From contig JAYWIR010000005.1 in the NCBI GenBank assembly GCA_036172245.1, positions 434,001 through 498,000 of the forward strand: a stretch of 64,000 nt of DNA, written 5' to 3'. Under the pieces are notes generated by a model. That model was given only the letters and a program-made list of their open reading frames with translations, did not search any database and was not told the DNA's origin. Position numbers and translations under genes: made by a program. The first letter of the stretch is position 1, and every line of letters starts with the position of its first letter. This document shows positions 60,869-64,000 of this stretch, one piece after another. The stretch comes from Raillietiella orientalis. Taxonomy: Eukaryota.

Positions 60869-63817
60869 ATGCTGCAGAGTACTCATTGCAGTGCAGGTAA
60901 CTTGTGACTTTGGTAACAAAGAAGGCATAGTTGTCAATAGAAAGCAATGTAACTTTTTAATACTCTTTAGATATGAAAACCAGCAAGGAAGGAAGTAATT
61001 TTGCTAAACTGAATAAAAATGATGACCCTCGAAAAGTGGCTTTCATAAAAAAGTTGCAGCAGTACAAAGAACTTTCAAAGTCATGGTCTCAAGCCAAAAG
61101 ACTGATGAAACTAGCGCAATTTTTTCCTTGCAAGGTATTAGGGAATTTTTCCTTGAAAACTCCTCAGATATAACACTATAAAACTTGGACCAGTTTTCTT
61201 TGTAAACCTTTTTCGTCTTAAAGTGGATGAAGCTTCCATTATAGCTAATTTGTGTGTTTAATGCATTAATTGAATGTTGTACAACTTTCACGAAAGCAGA
61301 ATTTACTCACAAAATAATATGTACTTTTGTTTAACCGAAGTTTCTTGAACTGGTTCATGCATTCATTATGACAGCATTTAGCATTTATTTGGCATTTCAG
61401 GATTTGTTGATCATTTCGTTTTCAATTGGCATGTGTAGTAACAATTTGACCTTAATGTTCTAACAAGATCTGACTGTTTCAGCATTTTTTTTTTACTGGC
61501 GATTGTTCTATAAGTCTGAAGATATGAAAAATTTCATATCTTCAGACTCAATTTAGGGTTGAATCGGTAAATATGTTTTCTGTTTTCCCTAACTTGATAT
61601 TTTTGTAGTTTTTCTTCAAAATTTCTTCAAAAATTTTAATTTCAAATGCTTTTCTCCAGTCACCAGTTTCTATAGAAGTATTTCATCTCCCTTTCTTTTT
61701 TTTTTTTGCAATTATATGCCTTAATGTAACTGTTTTCTCTCCTTGAAAATTTCCCGTTGGTTTCTATGTAAAAAGAAACCACTTGGAAATTTTGAATGGT
61801 TCCTTTTATTTATTTTTTTCTGTAGCTAAACTGTGAGAATTATTTGTTACTATTTAAGTTGCATTAATTATTGTGAAAGACATTCTTCAGATTAGTTTGG
61901 ATCTATGTGAGGAAACTTATTATTTCATATTTATTCAGATTTATTTGCAAGGAAAGACTTCATTACAAAAATGTGCTTTTTAACTTTATAATAATTGCTG
62001 TTTTACTATTTATTTTATTATTTCTTTGAAGAAAGTATAAATATTTATAGTACAATCAGATATTACTCCAAAGTTCTAGCAATTAGCATTCTATCTTGAA
62101 TAGGGGAGGATTAACATTGGATCAAAAATTTCGTTTCGTGCAGATCTGGATCCTCAGTTACAGCTTCTAGCTCAGAAGAAGGTTGCTTTTAGCTGGTAAT
62201 CAATTTAGAAAGTTTTAAATTTGGATGTCTTGAATATAATACTTATAATCAAGTATACCTTGTTATGTAGAATATTCAAAACCATTATTCATGCTGGCTG
62301 ATGCATATGTTTCCTTTAAATCTAGCTAATATCAATTGGCTTTCTTTAATGTATTTCAACCTGCAAACTATGCCTTCATTATAAATAGTAGATTACTCAA
62401 AGGTTCGAGGTCTTTGAACACAAGACTGTGTGCAGAATTTAATGATCATACTTGTGTTTTGTCTAAGTAATCAATTTGTGTTTTGTCTAAGTAAACTTTT
62501 TGGAAAGGGTCCAAAATTTTCAGACAATAATATCTTCAGTAGTACACCCTATGTGGGCTGATAACTGCTCTTATTTACTTCCTTCTAATATGGACTTTTT
62601 GTGTCCTTTAGCCTTTTTTTTTTTCATTTAGAATCCACTCATGTTACTTTTTGAAAATATACATTGTGAATGTGTATGCAATCGTGTTTTAAAATCAAAT
62701 GAAATTCAGTAAGAGCTTCTCTTAATAGATTCAATCCATGACTAGAATTCAGTCTTTTGTTCTTGATTTGATTCTGTTGTATTTTAAAGACAATGTCTCG
62801 AATATCAGTGTCAGATTTAACCCGTATTTCACATTAGTTAAAATTATGTGATGCCAACCTGTCAAATTCAGAACAAGAATTTCCAGCTTTTAAGTATTAA
62901 ACATAATTTTTTATTTGAATTTGAATGTGCATCAGAAATCCCAGCTTTGAATTGTCTTTTTTTTTTGTATTTATGTGTTGCCTTTTATTTTAGGCAGATT
63001 CATGTGCATGCACAGGATGGAAGTCTTCTGCCCCAACTAATGTGCATGATCCATCATATTCTGATTCCAGTGATGTGTGTGGAGCATGCAATCATACTGT
63101 TGGTATGATTTGGTTTTGATTGTTTATACAGTACGTGCAGCATCATTTTCAGCTTCACATGTTCAGAATCTCAGCAGCTTCAAAGAAGAAGAAGTACAAA
63201 ATGTCCTGAGTATTGCAGTAGATGTAGAAAATCTGCATGCATATGCTGATAGAGAAGATGACTCGGATGCATCCAACGTGTGTAATTTTATTTTAAAGGT
63301 ATTCATTTCAGATTGTTTTTGAAACTAGTATGTTGATCATGAGTTTTGTGGTTAATAGTTATTGTATGTTGCTGTTGATGTATCATTATAAGATAAAAAA
63401 GTTTCTGTTGAAACTAGTTACGTATTGGAAAACATTTTCTGTTAACTGAAGGAGTTTTCCGTATTCCAAAGTCTCCCTTAAGCAGTACCAAGTCATACAT
63501 CAGTCATATTGTTGCAAAGATTGTTTATGCAAAATGTGGAACATGTTCTGCAGTATTTAGGCCCGTTTCGCGTATTCATTTAAGGTTTATCCAAGATTTG
63601 TGTTAAAATTAAATATGATTCTTTTATGCACACAATGCAGTAATGAAGGTGTGAAAAATTAATGAGTGGAACTTTTTGAAAGATTTTAGAGAGAGCACTA
63701 ATGGCAATGAAAAAACCAGTATTTGATGATGAAATTGGTGTTCCTCCATTTGAAAAACCATGTATTGCTAAAGCAGTCCTTAATTACATCAATTTCAATG
63801 AGTATTCAGATGCCAAA
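60869..63817 (+). CDS. KAT2A: Histone acetyltransferase GCN5/PCAF, N-terminal (PCAF_N) exons 60869-60896, 60971-61134, 62994-63102, 63153-63298, 63683-63817; continues beyond the window
   Basis: Spliced peptide AKRLMKLAQFFPCK-ADSCACTGWK...CGACNHTV-ASHVQNL..EEEVQNVLSIAVDVENL...REDDSD..VCNFILK-ILERAL...PPFEKPCIAKAVLNY matches the PCAF_N domain. GT-AG junctions are in phase; start exon is tentative. Confidence 0.9.
61513..61548. repeat. Palindrome with perfect 17-bp arms and a 2-nt spacer, in a GCN5 intron
   Basis: agtctgaagatatgaaa AA tttcatatcttcagact. Confidence 0.9.
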
Positions 63818-64000
63818 GTGAGTTTTATTTTCATATTTTGTGTTGCTTGAAAATCATTATAAAAAATCAACATCGTGTAGATTTCTTTTTCATGATTCAA
63901 GTTGTACTAAATTTAGAATTATTAGTTGTTTTTTGTACATAATAATTTTCTGTCTTGATTTTACTCATTTCATGTTATTGCTTAATTGAAAACAATTTGC

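Overview
Eukaryotic (invertebrate animal, probably ecdysozoan/arthropod) genomic DNA with compact genes and many very short (41-68 nt) spliceosomal introns. Genes reconstructed by hand: POLR1E/RPA49 (1.4-2.7 kb, +), a long coiled-coil protein (6.8-11.4 kb, +), an SLC35A3-like nucleotide-sugar transporter with a probable GC-AG intron (30.6-32.1 kb, +), a prestin/SLC26 anion transporter (39.6-44.8 kb, -), the N-terminal exons of a GCN5/PCAF (KAT2) acetyltransferase (60.9 kb to window end, +), and two unidentified coding segments. Two repeat structures stand out. (1) Three copies of an unusually long tRNA-headed SINE-like element whose body is an array of about 11-12 bulged hairpins (several with UNCG tetraloops) separated by purine-rich linkers; one copy has an A-tail and a 14-bp target-site duplication. 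(2) A ~7 kb nest of L1/Tx1-type LINE 3' fragments in mostly alternating orientation, where a shared 26-nt 3' terminus repeatedly abuts antisense sequence of the same family. Most long ORFs in the GC-rich tracts appear to be shadow ORFs. All calls are by eye; no database search was possible.
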